This document shows, one piece after another, positions 55,471 through 64,000 of a stretch of DNA of 64,000 nt. The position numbers and the translations under genes were made by a program. The notes beneath the pieces are model-generated. The model had not been told where the DNA came from, ran no database searches, and saw only the letters and a program-made list of their open reading frames with translations. The stretch lies in assembly GCA_016714745.1 (NCBI GenBank), contig JADKCG010000015.1, forward strand, positions 5,043 through 69,042, read 5' to 3'. How positions within the stretch are numbered: position 1 is the stretch's first letter; each line of letters starts with the position of its first letter. Origin of the DNA: Elusimicrobiota bacterium. Its GTDB lineage: Bacteria > Elusimicrobiota > Elusimicrobia > FEN-1173.

Positions 55471-57132
55471 CTACGATTCCAACTGAAGAGTTTTGGTCGT
55501 AATATCCGTCACTGAAGACGGTCCAAAATACTGGATGGGGCCAGGGTAGACGTAGGCATCTTCCAAAACCAAAGAGTCTCGCATTTTTTCAAAAGCGCGG
55601 AACGGAGGACCGTCGAGTTTGACGAGGGCTTTTTGGATGACGGGTTTTTCTTTTCCCTTTCGGCGTTCCACGTTCATCATGGAGGTGAGAGGAACACCCC
55701 CGGGGACCCACTGGGCGGCCGGTTGGGTGAGATTTTTTACCGACGACAAATAACCGGACAAACCGTTCAACGACAACACCGCCGCGTTGTAGCCCAACGC
55801 ATAGCAATAGGTGGCGTCGAAGTTTGACGGCGCGCCGCATCGGCCCTCGTAGCCAAAGAAGTGGGTAATGGCGGCGAATTTCCCGGCATATTTTCCCTCG
55901 GCTTTTAAGACGGCCAAACGGGTTTTGACCATTTCCACCAACAGTTTTTCCGTCTCGATCTGGGACACCTGCACGTTTCCGTGAGGATCCCGATCCAGCA
56001 TCAACTGGGCCTGAATGCTCTGGGGCAAAGAATTGAGTAACGCGGCCAACGGCGCGGACAGAGCGCTGGCCACGATGCTCCGCTTTTCTTCAAAGGAAGA
56101 CACCGAGGCCAAACGGGGTTCCTGGGCGGCCAAGGTATCGTTCAACCCGGAAATCAAGTCTTTCATTTCCGGAATAAACTCAATGAGCCCTTCGGGGATC
56201 AATACCACGCCGTAGTTCTTTTTGGTTTCGGCGCGGCGGGCCACCGCCTGGGCAATTTGGTCCACCCCCTGGGCCAGGGTCATCTTCTTCGCCAACACTT
56301 CTTCGCCGATCAAGGCCAGGTTGGGTTGGGTTTTCAAAGCGACCTCAAGCGTGATGTGGGACGCGCTCCGCCCCATCAACCGCACAAAGTGCCAATATTT
56401 CTGGGCCGACAAAACGTCCCGGCAAATGTTCCCCACCACCTCCGAATAGATCTTGGTCGCGGTGTCAAAACCGAAAGACGCTTCAATGTCCTCATTCTTC
56501 AAATCCCCGTCAATGGTTTTCGGAACACCGACGACGCTGATGGCGAGTCCCTGGGCCTTAAAATATTCCGCCAAGAGCGCCGCGTTCGTGTTTGAATCGT
56601 CTCCGCCCACCACCACCAGAGCATCGAGCCGATTGGTTTCGAGCGTTTGTTTGGCCGCATTAAACTGTTCCGGCGTCTCAATTTTCGTTCGGCCAGACTG
56701 GATCATGTCAAATCCACCGGTGTTGCGGTATCGATCCACCAACGGAGCGGTGAGATCAACCCATTTGTTCTCCAAAATTCCAGAAGGACCGCCCAAAAAT
56801 CCAATGAGCTTATTTTTGGGATTGGCTTTCTTCAAAGCGTCAAAAAGTCCCGCCAACACGTTGTGCCCCCCCGGCGCCTGTCCGCCGGACAAGACAACCC
56901 CTAAACGGATGGATTTCTTCCCCACAACAGCGTTCCGCCCCTTTGAAAACACGGCCAATGGAAGGCCATAGGTTTTTGGAAAAATAGACTGGAGCGAGGA
57001 TTGGTCCGATAGGCTCTGAGTGGGTTTTCCCATCCGAGGCAGAACCCCCGTTGGTCCTGACCGCAAGACCGCCGGAAGCGTGGGTTTGAATTTGGATCGT
57101 TCGATTTGAAGTTCGGATTTAATGGTTGGCAT
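55471..57132 (-). CDS. pfp: pyrophosphate-dependent phosphofructokinase (long, PFP type)
   Basis: GVVLSGGQAPGGHNV, VVGGDDSNT, PKTIDGDL, MGRSASH. At about 550 aa it is typical of PPi-PFK. Confidence 0.85.
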   Translation of the reverse strand: MPTIKSELQIERSKFKPTLPAVLRSGPTGVLPRMGKPTQSLSDQSSLQSIFPKTYGLPLAVFSKGRNAVVGKKSIRLGVVLSGGQAPGGHNVLAGLFDALKKANPKNKLIGFLGGPSGILENKWVDLTAPLVDRYRNTGGFDMIQSGRTKIETPEQFNAAKQTLETNRLDALVVVGGDDSNTNAALLAEYFKAQGLAISVVGVPKTIDGDLKNEDIEASFGFDTATKIYSEVVGNICRDVLSAQKYWHFVRLMGRSASHITLEVALKTQPNLALIGEEVLAKKMTLAQGVDQIAQAVARRAETKKNYGVVLIPEGLIEFIPEMKDLISGLNDTLAAQEPRLASVSSFEEKRSIVASALSAPLAALLNSLPQSIQAQLMLDRDPHGNVQVSQIETEKLLVEMVKTRLAVLKAEGKYAGKFAAITHFFGYEGRCGAPSNFDATYCYALGYNAAVLSLNGLSGYLSSVKNLTQPAAQWVPGGVPLTSMMNVERRKGKEKPVIQKALVKLDGPPFRAFEKMRDSLVLEDAYVYPGPIQYFGPSSVTDITTKTLQLES

Positions 57133-57152
57133 GGAAGCTGACCTCAGCGAAA

Positions 57153-57190
57153 TAAAAACCCTCCGGGCACCGGTAAAAACCGGTGCCCGG
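57153..57190 (-). terminator. strong GC hairpin with flanking T/A tracts (bidirectional terminator-like) between fbaB and pfp
   Basis: CCGGGCACCGG-TAAAAA-CCGGTGCCCGG, flanked by AAAAACCCT and GGGTTTT. Confidence 0.6.
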
Positions 57191-57246
57191 GGGTTTTAAT
57201 GAAATGTAGTTGCCCCATTGATGGGGCGACCTTGAGACTTAAACTG

Positions 57247-57268
57247 AAAAAAGCCCGAAAAATCGGGC
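57247..57268 (-). terminator. rho-independent terminator immediately after fbaB
   Basis: On the minus strand, GCCCGA-TTTT-TCGGGC is followed by TTTTTT. Confidence 0.6.
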
Positions 57269-57281
57269 AACGAAAAAACCC

Positions 57282-58355
<1,074 letters not shown>

Positions 58356-58385
58356 TGGTTCGATCCTCCTCAGGATGGAAAATAA

Positions 58386-59426
58386 TTATTCGGCGGGTTT
58401 GTTTTTTTTCTTGCGAACAACGGGAGATTTCCCCGTACCGATCGTTGAAAAACGGCCTATGGCCCGAAACTTCTCATACCGTTTTTGCAAAAGGCCGGCG
58501 GGAGGCAAGAGCCTGACCTCGGCGAGGTGACGAACCAAGGCCTCTTTCACCGAGGCAATGGAAACATCCACATCGCGGTGGGCTCCGCCCAGGGGTTCCG
58601 GAACAATTTCATCGATCACCCCTAGTTGTTTGAGGTCCGTCGCGGTAATTTTCAACGCCCGTGCGGCTTCGGGGGCTTTGGCGGCGTCGTGATACAGGAT
58701 GGAGGCGCACCCTTCCGGAGAGATCACGGAATAGTAGGCGTTTTCCATCATCAAAATCCGGTCCGCAACACCCAGCGCAAGCGCCCCCCCCGACCCCCCC
58801 TCACCGATCACGCAACAGAGGATGGGGACATTAAACTGTGACATCTCTCGCATATTTTCGGCAATGGCCGTGGCCTGTCCGCGCTCTTCCGCGCCGATCC
58901 CCGGGTACGCCCCCGCCGTGTCAATGAACGTGATGATGGGCGCCCCAAACTTGGCGGCCATCCGCATAAGCCGAAGGGCCTTCCGGTATCCTTCGGGGTG
59001 AGGCATGCCGAAATTGCGCGCCATCGAATCTTGCAGGGAACGCCCTTTCTGGTGGCCTATGACAACCACCGGACGACCGTCCAAATAGGCGGGCCCTCCC
59101 ACGATGGCCTTGTCGTCAGCGAAATGACGATCCCCGTGCATTTCAATGAACCCGGTAAACGCCCGTTCAATGAAGTCCATCGTGTAGGGGCGGCGGGGAT
59201 GCCGAGCCAGTTGAACCCTGTGCCAAGGAAGGAGTTGGGCATACGTCTCCCGCCGCACGTCTTCCAAACGAAGACGGAGGTCACTGAGCTCTTGCGCCAC
59301 CCCCTCGCCCGGGGTGTCTAAAACCGTTTTCTCCAAAACCCGGATCTGTTCTTCCAGATCAAGCACAGGTTTTTCGAAATCGAACCCTATAAAGGACGTC
59401 GTATGTTCAGCCAAGGCGGTTGTCAT
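58386..59426 (-). CDS. accA: acetyl-CoA carboxylase carboxyltransferase subunit alpha
   Basis: From the internal ATG (MTTALAEH...): ARHPRRPYTMDF, IDTAGAYPGIGAEERGQ, GEGGSGGALA. The upstream 247 aa of the ORF-track entry belong to a different protein. Confidence 0.9.
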   Translation of the reverse strand: MTTALAEHTTSFIGFDFEKPVLDLEEQIRVLEKTVLDTPGEGVAQELSDLRLRLEDVRRETYAQLLPWHRVQLARHPRRPYTMDFIERAFTGFIEMHGDRHFADDKAIVGGPAYLDGRPVVVIGHQKGRSLQDSMARNFGMPHPEGYRKALRLMRMAAKFGAPIITFIDTAGAYPGIGAEERGQATAIAENMREMSQFNVPILCCVIGEGGSGGALALGVADRILMMENAYYSVISPEGCASILYHDAAKAPEAARALKITATDLKQLGVIDEIVPEPLGGAHRDVDVSIASVKEALVRHLAEVRLLPPAGLLQKRYEKFRAIGRFSTIGTGKSPVVRKKKNKPAE

Positions 59427-59434
59427 CCTCCGTT

Positions 59435-60122
59435 TTAGAAACCTCCGGTGTACCAATCGAACGATGCGCTCGGGTTCCCGGCTGGCCGCGACCAAATCGC
59501 GACCGGCAAATTCAACCGAAAAACTCGGGGTGATCCACCAACCAAACCCCGCATTCAAACGGCTCTCACGGCCCACCCGAATATTGTCCCATTCAGCGTT
59601 GAACGAAACAAGATCGTGGTATAGGTAGCGAAGCCCCATGAACCCATACAGGTGATCGTCGGTGAAATCATACACATTTATTCCCGCGTGTAGGCTTAAA
59701 TCAGGGACGATGATTTCGCCGCTCCCCGCCAAAAATAGACCCTTTTCCCGTTGATCGTATTTATCGGTCTCTTTATTAAAAAAATACCCCTGCCCATCAT
59801 AACCCAACGCCAGGGCCGGAAGGTTCCGTTGCCCGTCAAAAAACCGAAACCGGACATTCAACGTAGGCTTGTGCAAATCAATCGCGTCGTTCCCCACAAA
59901 CCCATCAACATCCAAACCGAACCCCACATTCAGACGGGGGAAAACGCCGAAATGGGTTTTGGCCAACATTCCCCCATCCGAATAAAAACGGAAAGAGGAA
60001 TCAAATCCATACCGATCCAAAACTTCGGCCGTGGGAACGTCAATCAACTCCATAACGGGGGCCCCCGCGCGTGCAAAGGAAACCCAGAAAAAAAGGACAC
60101 CCAATGAAAGTGTATTTCGCAT
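59435..60122 (-). CDS. putative outer-membrane beta-barrel protein (signal peptide), 3' end mis-phased into accA
   Basis: MRNTLSLGVLFFWVSFARA signal peptide and alternating beta-strand-like sequence. A canonical OMP C-terminus ...SFDWYTGGF-stop is present in the +1 frame (TAA 59435-59437). The current frame instead reads through into accA. Confidence 0.55.
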
Positions 60123-60168
60123 CTGATGCTTTATTTTACCACATCCCCTTGCACTGTCAATTGGCATA

Positions 60169-62004
60169 TTATCCCTCTTGGCTCAGGGCGGCTCGCGCCT
60201 CGTCCATCTCTTTGGTGCGAGATTTCAGCCCCAGGTCTAACTCCATTAACTTCTGATAATCGCTTTGGATGAACACCGACCCCATCTGGCCCTGAATGTC
60301 CTCGATTTCTTCTGTCAGTTCGCGAATCCGTTCGTTCAGCTTTTTCCGCCGTTTCGATCGCGCTTTTTCGGCCTCCCGCAACCGTTTTAAATCATCAGAA
60401 GACGATTTAATCCAAGCCGGGCCGCCCCCCCGGGGTACGTCCTTTTGAGAATTTGAATGGGACAAACCGCCCGAAGGACCGACCGAGGGGGCAGAAGAAG
60501 AGGACAGACGCGCGGAGAGCCGAAGGAAATCGTCGTGGTTTCCCGTGTAAAGTTTGGCCTGCCCCTGGTCCACATGGGCCACGTGGTTGGCCAGGGCGTT
60601 CACGAAATAGAGGTCGTGACTAATGAAACAGAGGGTCCCTTCAAAATTTTTCAGCGCCTCCACCAGAGCGTCCACGCTGGCCATATCTAGGTGTGTGGTG
60701 GGCTCATCGAGCAGAAGCAAATTCGGGGGGTCTAAAAGCAGTTTGGCCAAGGCCAACCGGCTTTTCTCCCCACCGCTCAAAACCTCCACTTTCTTAAAGA
60801 CCGTATTGTCGCGGAAAAGGAATGTTCCCAATACCGTGCGCACAAGGAGGTCGGGATTCATCCGACGGTTGGACATGGCTTCTTGAAGAACCGTCCGCCC
60901 CGCATTCAAAGTTTCCCAGCGATGTTGAGAAAAATATCCAGACTCGACGTTTAACCCCAACACCCGTTCCCCCCGTTCAAAAGGGAGGACGCCCGCCAAT
61001 ATTTTCAAGAGCGTGGACTTCCCCGCGCCGTTGGGACCGACAAAAGCGATTTTCTGGCCGCGCTCCAACTCAAAATCCAGCCCGTCATAAACCTTCACAT
61101 CGCCGTATGATTTCTCGATACCTTTCAAGGACAACACTTTAACCCCGGTTTTCGTTGGCTGGGGAAACCGGATGGAAATTTTTTTAATTTCCGGCGGAAT
61201 TTCGATGCGTTCCATCTTTTCCAACATTTTAATGCGACTTTGAACTTGCGGCGCTTTCGATGCTTGGGCCCGAAACCGGTTGATGAATTCCTGAGCGTCG
61301 GCAATTTCCCTTTGCTGTTTCTTGTAGGCCGCCAAGATTTGTTCCTGTTCCATGACGCGGCAAGCCAAAAATTTCTCGTAGTCCCCAACATACCGAAAGA
61401 TTTTTTGGTCCCGCAAATCCAAAATGCCGTGGGCGATGGCATTAACAAACGCTCGGTCGTGGGAAATAAGCAGGATGGAACTTTTGGACCTCTGGAGATA
61501 TTCCTGAAACCACAAGAGGGACGCCAAATCCAAATGGTTGGTGGGTTCATCCAAAAGCAAAAGGTCCGGCGCCTGCAACAGAATCCGCCCAATGGCCACG
61601 CGCATCCGCCACCCCCCGGACATGGAGGAAGCCGGCCGGTCAAAGTCCGTCACGCGGAACCCCAATCCCATAAGAATTTTCTTGGCCTCTGCGGACCGTC
61701 GTTCCGGCAACGACTCTGAATCATGCTCTCCTTCTCCGGCCAGTGTTTCCTCCAGCACCGTGCCTTCCCCCAAATCCGCTGTTTCTTGCGGCAAGTACCC
61801 CATCCGAACACCCCGAGGGAACGTGATGGTGCCTTCGTCCGGCAGGTCCAGCCCGCGCAAGATTTTAAAGAGCGTCGACTTCCCCGCCCCGTTGGGTCCC
61901 ATGAGGGCGTAACGGTCCCCGGCGTTCAACTGAAGAGAAACGCCGTCAAAAACAACCTGTTGGCCAAAAGCCTTGTGAAGATTTTGAACTGTCAACATAA
62001 ACAT
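60169..62004 (-). CDS. ABC-F family ATPase (two ABC domains, C-terminal coiled coil)
   Basis: Two Walker A sites (GPNGAGKST twice), two signatures (MSGGWRMR, LSGGEKSR), no TM domain, and a basic/acidic helical tail. Confidence 0.9.
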   Translation of the reverse strand: MFMLTVQNLHKAFGQQVVFDGVSLQLNAGDRYALMGPNGAGKSTLFKILRGLDLPDEGTITFPRGVRMGYLPQETADLGEGTVLEETLAGEGEHDSESLPERRSAEAKKILMGLGFRVTDFDRPASSMSGGWRMRVAIGRILLQAPDLLLLDEPTNHLDLASLLWFQEYLQRSKSSILLISHDRAFVNAIAHGILDLRDQKIFRYVGDYEKFLACRVMEQEQILAAYKKQQREIADAQEFINRFRAQASKAPQVQSRIKMLEKMERIEIPPEIKKISIRFPQPTKTGVKVLSLKGIEKSYGDVKVYDGLDFELERGQKIAFVGPNGAGKSTLLKILAGVLPFERGERVLGLNVESGYFSQHRWETLNAGRTVLQEAMSNRRMNPDLLVRTVLGTFLFRDNTVFKKVEVLSGGEKSRLALAKLLLDPPNLLLLDEPTTHLDMASVDALVEALKNFEGTLCFISHDLYFVNALANHVAHVDQGQAKLYTGNHDDFLRLSARLSSSSAPSVGPSGGLSHSNSQKDVPRGGGPAWIKSSSDDLKRLREAEKARSKRRKKLNERIRELTEEIEDIQGQMGSVFIQSDYQKLMELDLGLKSRTKEMDEARAALSQEG

Positions 62005-62009
62005 TTCCC

Positions 62010-62038
62010 TTGAAAAAAGTGCGTTTTGAGATTATATA
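62010..62038 (+). promoter_or_regulatory. candidate promoter for the hemerythrin-like gene (possibly a leaderless mRNA)
   Basis: TTGAAA, a 17-nt spacer, then TATATA ending at 62038. ATG codons lie at 62038 and 62044, so a transcript would start at or next to the start codon. Confidence 0.3.
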
Positions 62039-62520
62039 TGAGTATGACGATCATTGAGAGATTCTTGGATGACCACCGGAGGTTCCGCCGTCACTTGGAG
62101 GAAACGCTCGGTTTTGCCGCGACCCTTGCGCCCAGGGGACTGCCCCCGCCGATCACCGATGCCGATAGGGATTTCATCTTCCGCCTTCGGCGTCACGCCC
62201 GAATGGAAGGAGAGATCTTATTCCCCGCCATGCAACGCGCCAGCGACGAAAACGCTCGAAAAAAAACCGTCCATCACTTTATTGCCCATGGCCATGACGA
62301 ACATACTTCTGTCGCGAAACGACACGCGGAGCTGACCGCTCGTTCTGAAACCGGCTCCCGCATTAGCCAATGGAAATCAGCTCTCGCGCATTTCGCCGAA
62401 GGCCTGCAACGTCATATGGATCGAGAGGAACGGGAAATTTTTCCACTGGCCCAAGATTTCATGAGCCAAGACGTGTGCCTTATGGCACACGGCGCCCCAC
62501 GCAGGCTTCTTTTTCTCTGA
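62038..62520 (+). CDS. hemerythrin-like (HHE cation-binding) domain protein
   Basis: Spaced His/Glu ligand pattern: DDHRRF, HARMEGEILFP, HGHDEH, HMDREEREIFP. The last 51 nt fall inside the 89-bp direct repeat. Confidence 0.75.
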   Translation: MSMTIIERFLDDHRRFRRHLEETLGFAATLAPRGLPPPITDADRDFIFRLRRHARMEGEILFPAMQRASDENARKKTVHHFIAHGHDEHTSVAKRHAELTARSETGSRISQWKSALAHFAEGLQRHMDREEREIFPLAQDFMSQDVCLMAHGAPRRLLFL

Positions 62521-62557
62521 ATTTTCGGGGTGACTGGACTTGAACCAGCGGCCTCCT
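62469..62557. repeat. 89-bp direct repeat, copy 1 (contains a 33-nt pseudo 3' tRNA-Pro fragment at 62525-62557)
   Basis: It reads identically to 62595-62683 on inspection, offset by 126 nt. Confidence 0.9.
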
Positions 62558-62594
62558 CCCCTTCGGGGCCAGCCCGGCTTAAGCCGGGCGCGCC

Positions 62595-62683
62595 AGACGT
62601 GTGCCTTATGGCACACGGCGCCCCACGCAGGCTTCTTTTTCTCTGAATTTTCGGGGTGACTGGACTTGAACCAGCGGCCTCCT
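62595..62683. repeat. 89-bp direct repeat, copy 2 (56 nt of tRNA 3' flank plus the 3' 33 nt of tRNA-Pro)
   Basis: Identical to 62469-62557. The 37-nt spacer between the copies forms two GC hairpins (CCCC-GAA-GGGG and CCCGGC-TTAA-GCCGGG on the minus strand). Confidence 0.9.
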
Positions 62684-62724
62684 GCTCCCAAAGCAGGCGC
62701 TCTAGCCAACTGAGCTACACCCCG
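62651..62724 (-). tRNA. tRNA-Pro (anticodon UGG)
   Basis: The minus strand folds as a cloverleaf: CGGGGTG TA GCTC AGTTGGCTA GAGC G CCTGC TTTGGGA GCAGG AGGCC GCTGG TTCAAGT CCAGT CACCCCG A. CCA is not encoded. Confidence 0.9.
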
Positions 62725-62879
62725 GACTGGCTTCACTTCCGAAAGGCATGTACGTTTCCGTCGGAGATTATAACTCACGGGGGGGGCTTTGGTCAATCGT
62801 TCAAATATAGCCTATAAGGCTGAGGAAGTGACGACCTTTACGTGAAAAACTCTTTTGTTTTTTTATTCTCGGTTGGGAG

Positions 62880-63413
62880 TTATTGTTTTTTCCAGGTCAT
62901 GTCCACATCGACAGGGACCTGGCGTTTGATGGACATGCCCAGGAGGGACGGCGCGGGAATTTTAAAATCGTCGATGTTTAGAGGGACAACGCCTTTAAAA
63001 TGAAGCCCCCCCGCGGGGCGGTCGACCACGGTAAAAGGCACCGCCTTGTAGGTCGCTTTCCCGCCCGAAAACTCAATATCCAAGTCCGCGGAAAATGTTC
63101 CGGCCAAGGGGACAGTGGGAAGAGAGACGGACACCTTCACCACAGGGAATGAAGCCCTCCGGATGGTTTCCAACATATGCAAATCGCGGTTCGTGTCGCC
63201 CGACACGAAACTACTGACGGTCGCCGCCACAAGGAAGGAACATCCTTTCTCGTCACAAACGCCCTTGCCGCGAGCGCCCGTGCTGGTGCCCTCCACTTTG
63301 TGAAGCGTGTGAGTGACATGATAGGTCAACTCGGATTTTTCCAGCACCCACGATTCCGCGCGCGCCGCACCGCCAAGAGTCAAAACCGCCAGACAAAAAC
63401 AAAATGTTTTCAT
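62880..63413 (-). CDS. YceI-like periplasmic protein
   Basis: It has a signal peptide (MKTFCFCLAVLTLGGAARA) and an early ...SELTYHVTHTLHKVEGT... motif typical of YceI. Confidence 0.7.
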   Translation of the reverse strand: MKTFCFCLAVLTLGGAARAESWVLEKSELTYHVTHTLHKVEGTSTGARGKGVCDEKGCSFLVAATVSSFVSGDTNRDLHMLETIRRASFPVVKVSVSLPTVPLAGTFSADLDIEFSGGKATYKAVPFTVVDRPAGGLHFKGVVPLNIDDFKIPAPSLLGMSIKRQVPVDVDMTWKKQ

Positions 63414-63423
63414 GGAAAACCCC

Positions 63424-63984
63424 TTAGAAATTTATAACCATCACAGCCATGGACAGGAAATAGGCCGCCGCCCCAACCCCCGCCACCGTCGCGTGATGTT
63501 TCGCGGCCCCATGGACTTCTTCTCCGCGATCTTTCTGTTGGTACGCCTGATACCCCAAAATCGGGGCAATGACCATGGCCGGGAAATGAATCCACGCCAA
63601 CGCCTTATGAATTTTGGTGGACCCTGTGGCTTTTTTTTCTTCAACTTCAGGAGCGAGCAGGGAAAACGACGCCGTGGTAAAGTAAAGGACCCCGGTTGTT
63701 ATGGCCATATTTTTGTGGAGATCCCGTTTGGCGTCGGACCCCTCTGCCGCCCCAGAAGCCGTCATCAACGTCGCCGCCATGGGCACCGCCGTCACCAACC
63801 CCAAAATCTGGTGAGTTTTGAGCATCTTGGACCGTTTATGGAGCGTGTCCTGAGCGGCAGAATCCGACTTCAAATCGTCCGCCTTAAATCCAAGATCGTC
63901 AAGAGAAAGGTCCTTTCCCTCCGCCGCGCGACCTCCCGTTGGAAAAAGAATCGCAAGTGCCAGCAATAATCGCAATGTTTTCAT
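63424..63984 (-). CDS. hypothetical exported/membrane protein (186 aa)
   Basis: It has a signal peptide and about 4 hydrophobic segments with conserved-looking His residues. I recognise no family. Confidence 0.55.
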   Translation of the reverse strand: MKTLRLLLALAILFPTGGRAAEGKDLSLDDLGFKADDLKSDSAAQDTLHKRSKMLKTHQILGLVTAVPMAATLMTASGAAEGSDAKRDLHKNMAITTGVLYFTTASFSLLAPEVEEKKATGSTKIHKALAWIHFPAMVIAPILGYQAYQQKDRGEEVHGAAKHHATVAGVGAAAYFLSMAVMVINF

Positions 63985-64000
63985 TAGTGACCCTCCCTCT

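Noticed and set aside
58386-60167. 593-aa ORF read as a genuine OMP-AccA fusion protein
   Set aside because: The AccA part begins at a normal ATG preceded by GGAGG. The barrel has a canonical C-terminal ...YTGGF-stop in the +1 frame. A secreted beta-barrel fused to a cytoplasmic carboxyltransferase is topologically implausible.
62469-62683. CRISPR-like array or tandem repeat locus
   Set aside because: There are only two copies of an 89-bp unit with a single 37-nt spacer. One copy is part of a tRNA gene, and no cas genes are in the window.
62377-62796. 139-aa minus-strand ORF containing the duplicated peptide GGRWFKSSHPENSEKKKPAWGAVCHKAHV
   Set aside because: It is the translation of tRNA-Pro and the 89-bp direct repeat. 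The internal duplication simply mirrors the DNA repeat.

Overview
This 64-kb window comes from a GC-rich diderm bacterium, as shown by LPS genes (kdsA/D/C, lptC/A/B), TolC and an RND pump. I cannot name the lineage. About 85% is coding and most genes are on the minus strand.

The core is a long co-directional cluster with many 1-4 nt start/stop overlaps: kdsA, small ORF, kdsD, kdsC, lptC, lptA, lptB, hpf, ptsN, hprK, rapZ, EIIA/B/C/D(Man), ptsH, ptsI, lepA, lepB, hemW. rpoN is absent from its usual slot between lptB and hpf. Other housekeeping genes are gatC-gatA-nudix-gatB, a UvrD/PcrA helicase, accA, pfp, fbaB, an ABC-F ATPase and a hybrid sensor kinase.

Accessory or unusual content:
1. An AT-richer (by eye) three-gene operon of orphan giant membrane proteins (1172, 464 and 1038 aa; 25710-33850). 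It carries a TraB/Tiki-like motif set and a RelE/ParE-like module. A C9/G9 tract sits between an ATG and the body of the third gene.
2. A 111-nt hairpin-rich repeat in three copies at gene ends.
3. A RAYT (IS200-like Y1 transposase) flanked by inverted repeats.
4. A roughly 430-bp MITE-like element with terminal inverted repeats and a duplicated 8-mer, upstream of the helicase.
5. A degraded DDE transposase next to a DUF4143 ATPase.
6. Extreme poly-G tracts, up to G19, in two intergenic gaps.
7. tRNA-Pro(UGG) with an 89-bp direct repeat of its 3' part plus flank.
8. A ThrC-like / CysO-like / NIL-domain trio suggesting sulfur-carrier-dependent homocysteine synthesis.

At least nine conserved genes are frame-disrupted: ribD, PTS IID (three times), lptC, gatB, gatA, the DUF4143 ATPase, an OMP run into accA, and possibly the HAMP sensor/kinase pair. 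I cannot tell from sequence alone whether this is assembly error or real gene decay. All calls rest on reading the supplied translations and the DNA by eye; no searches were run.
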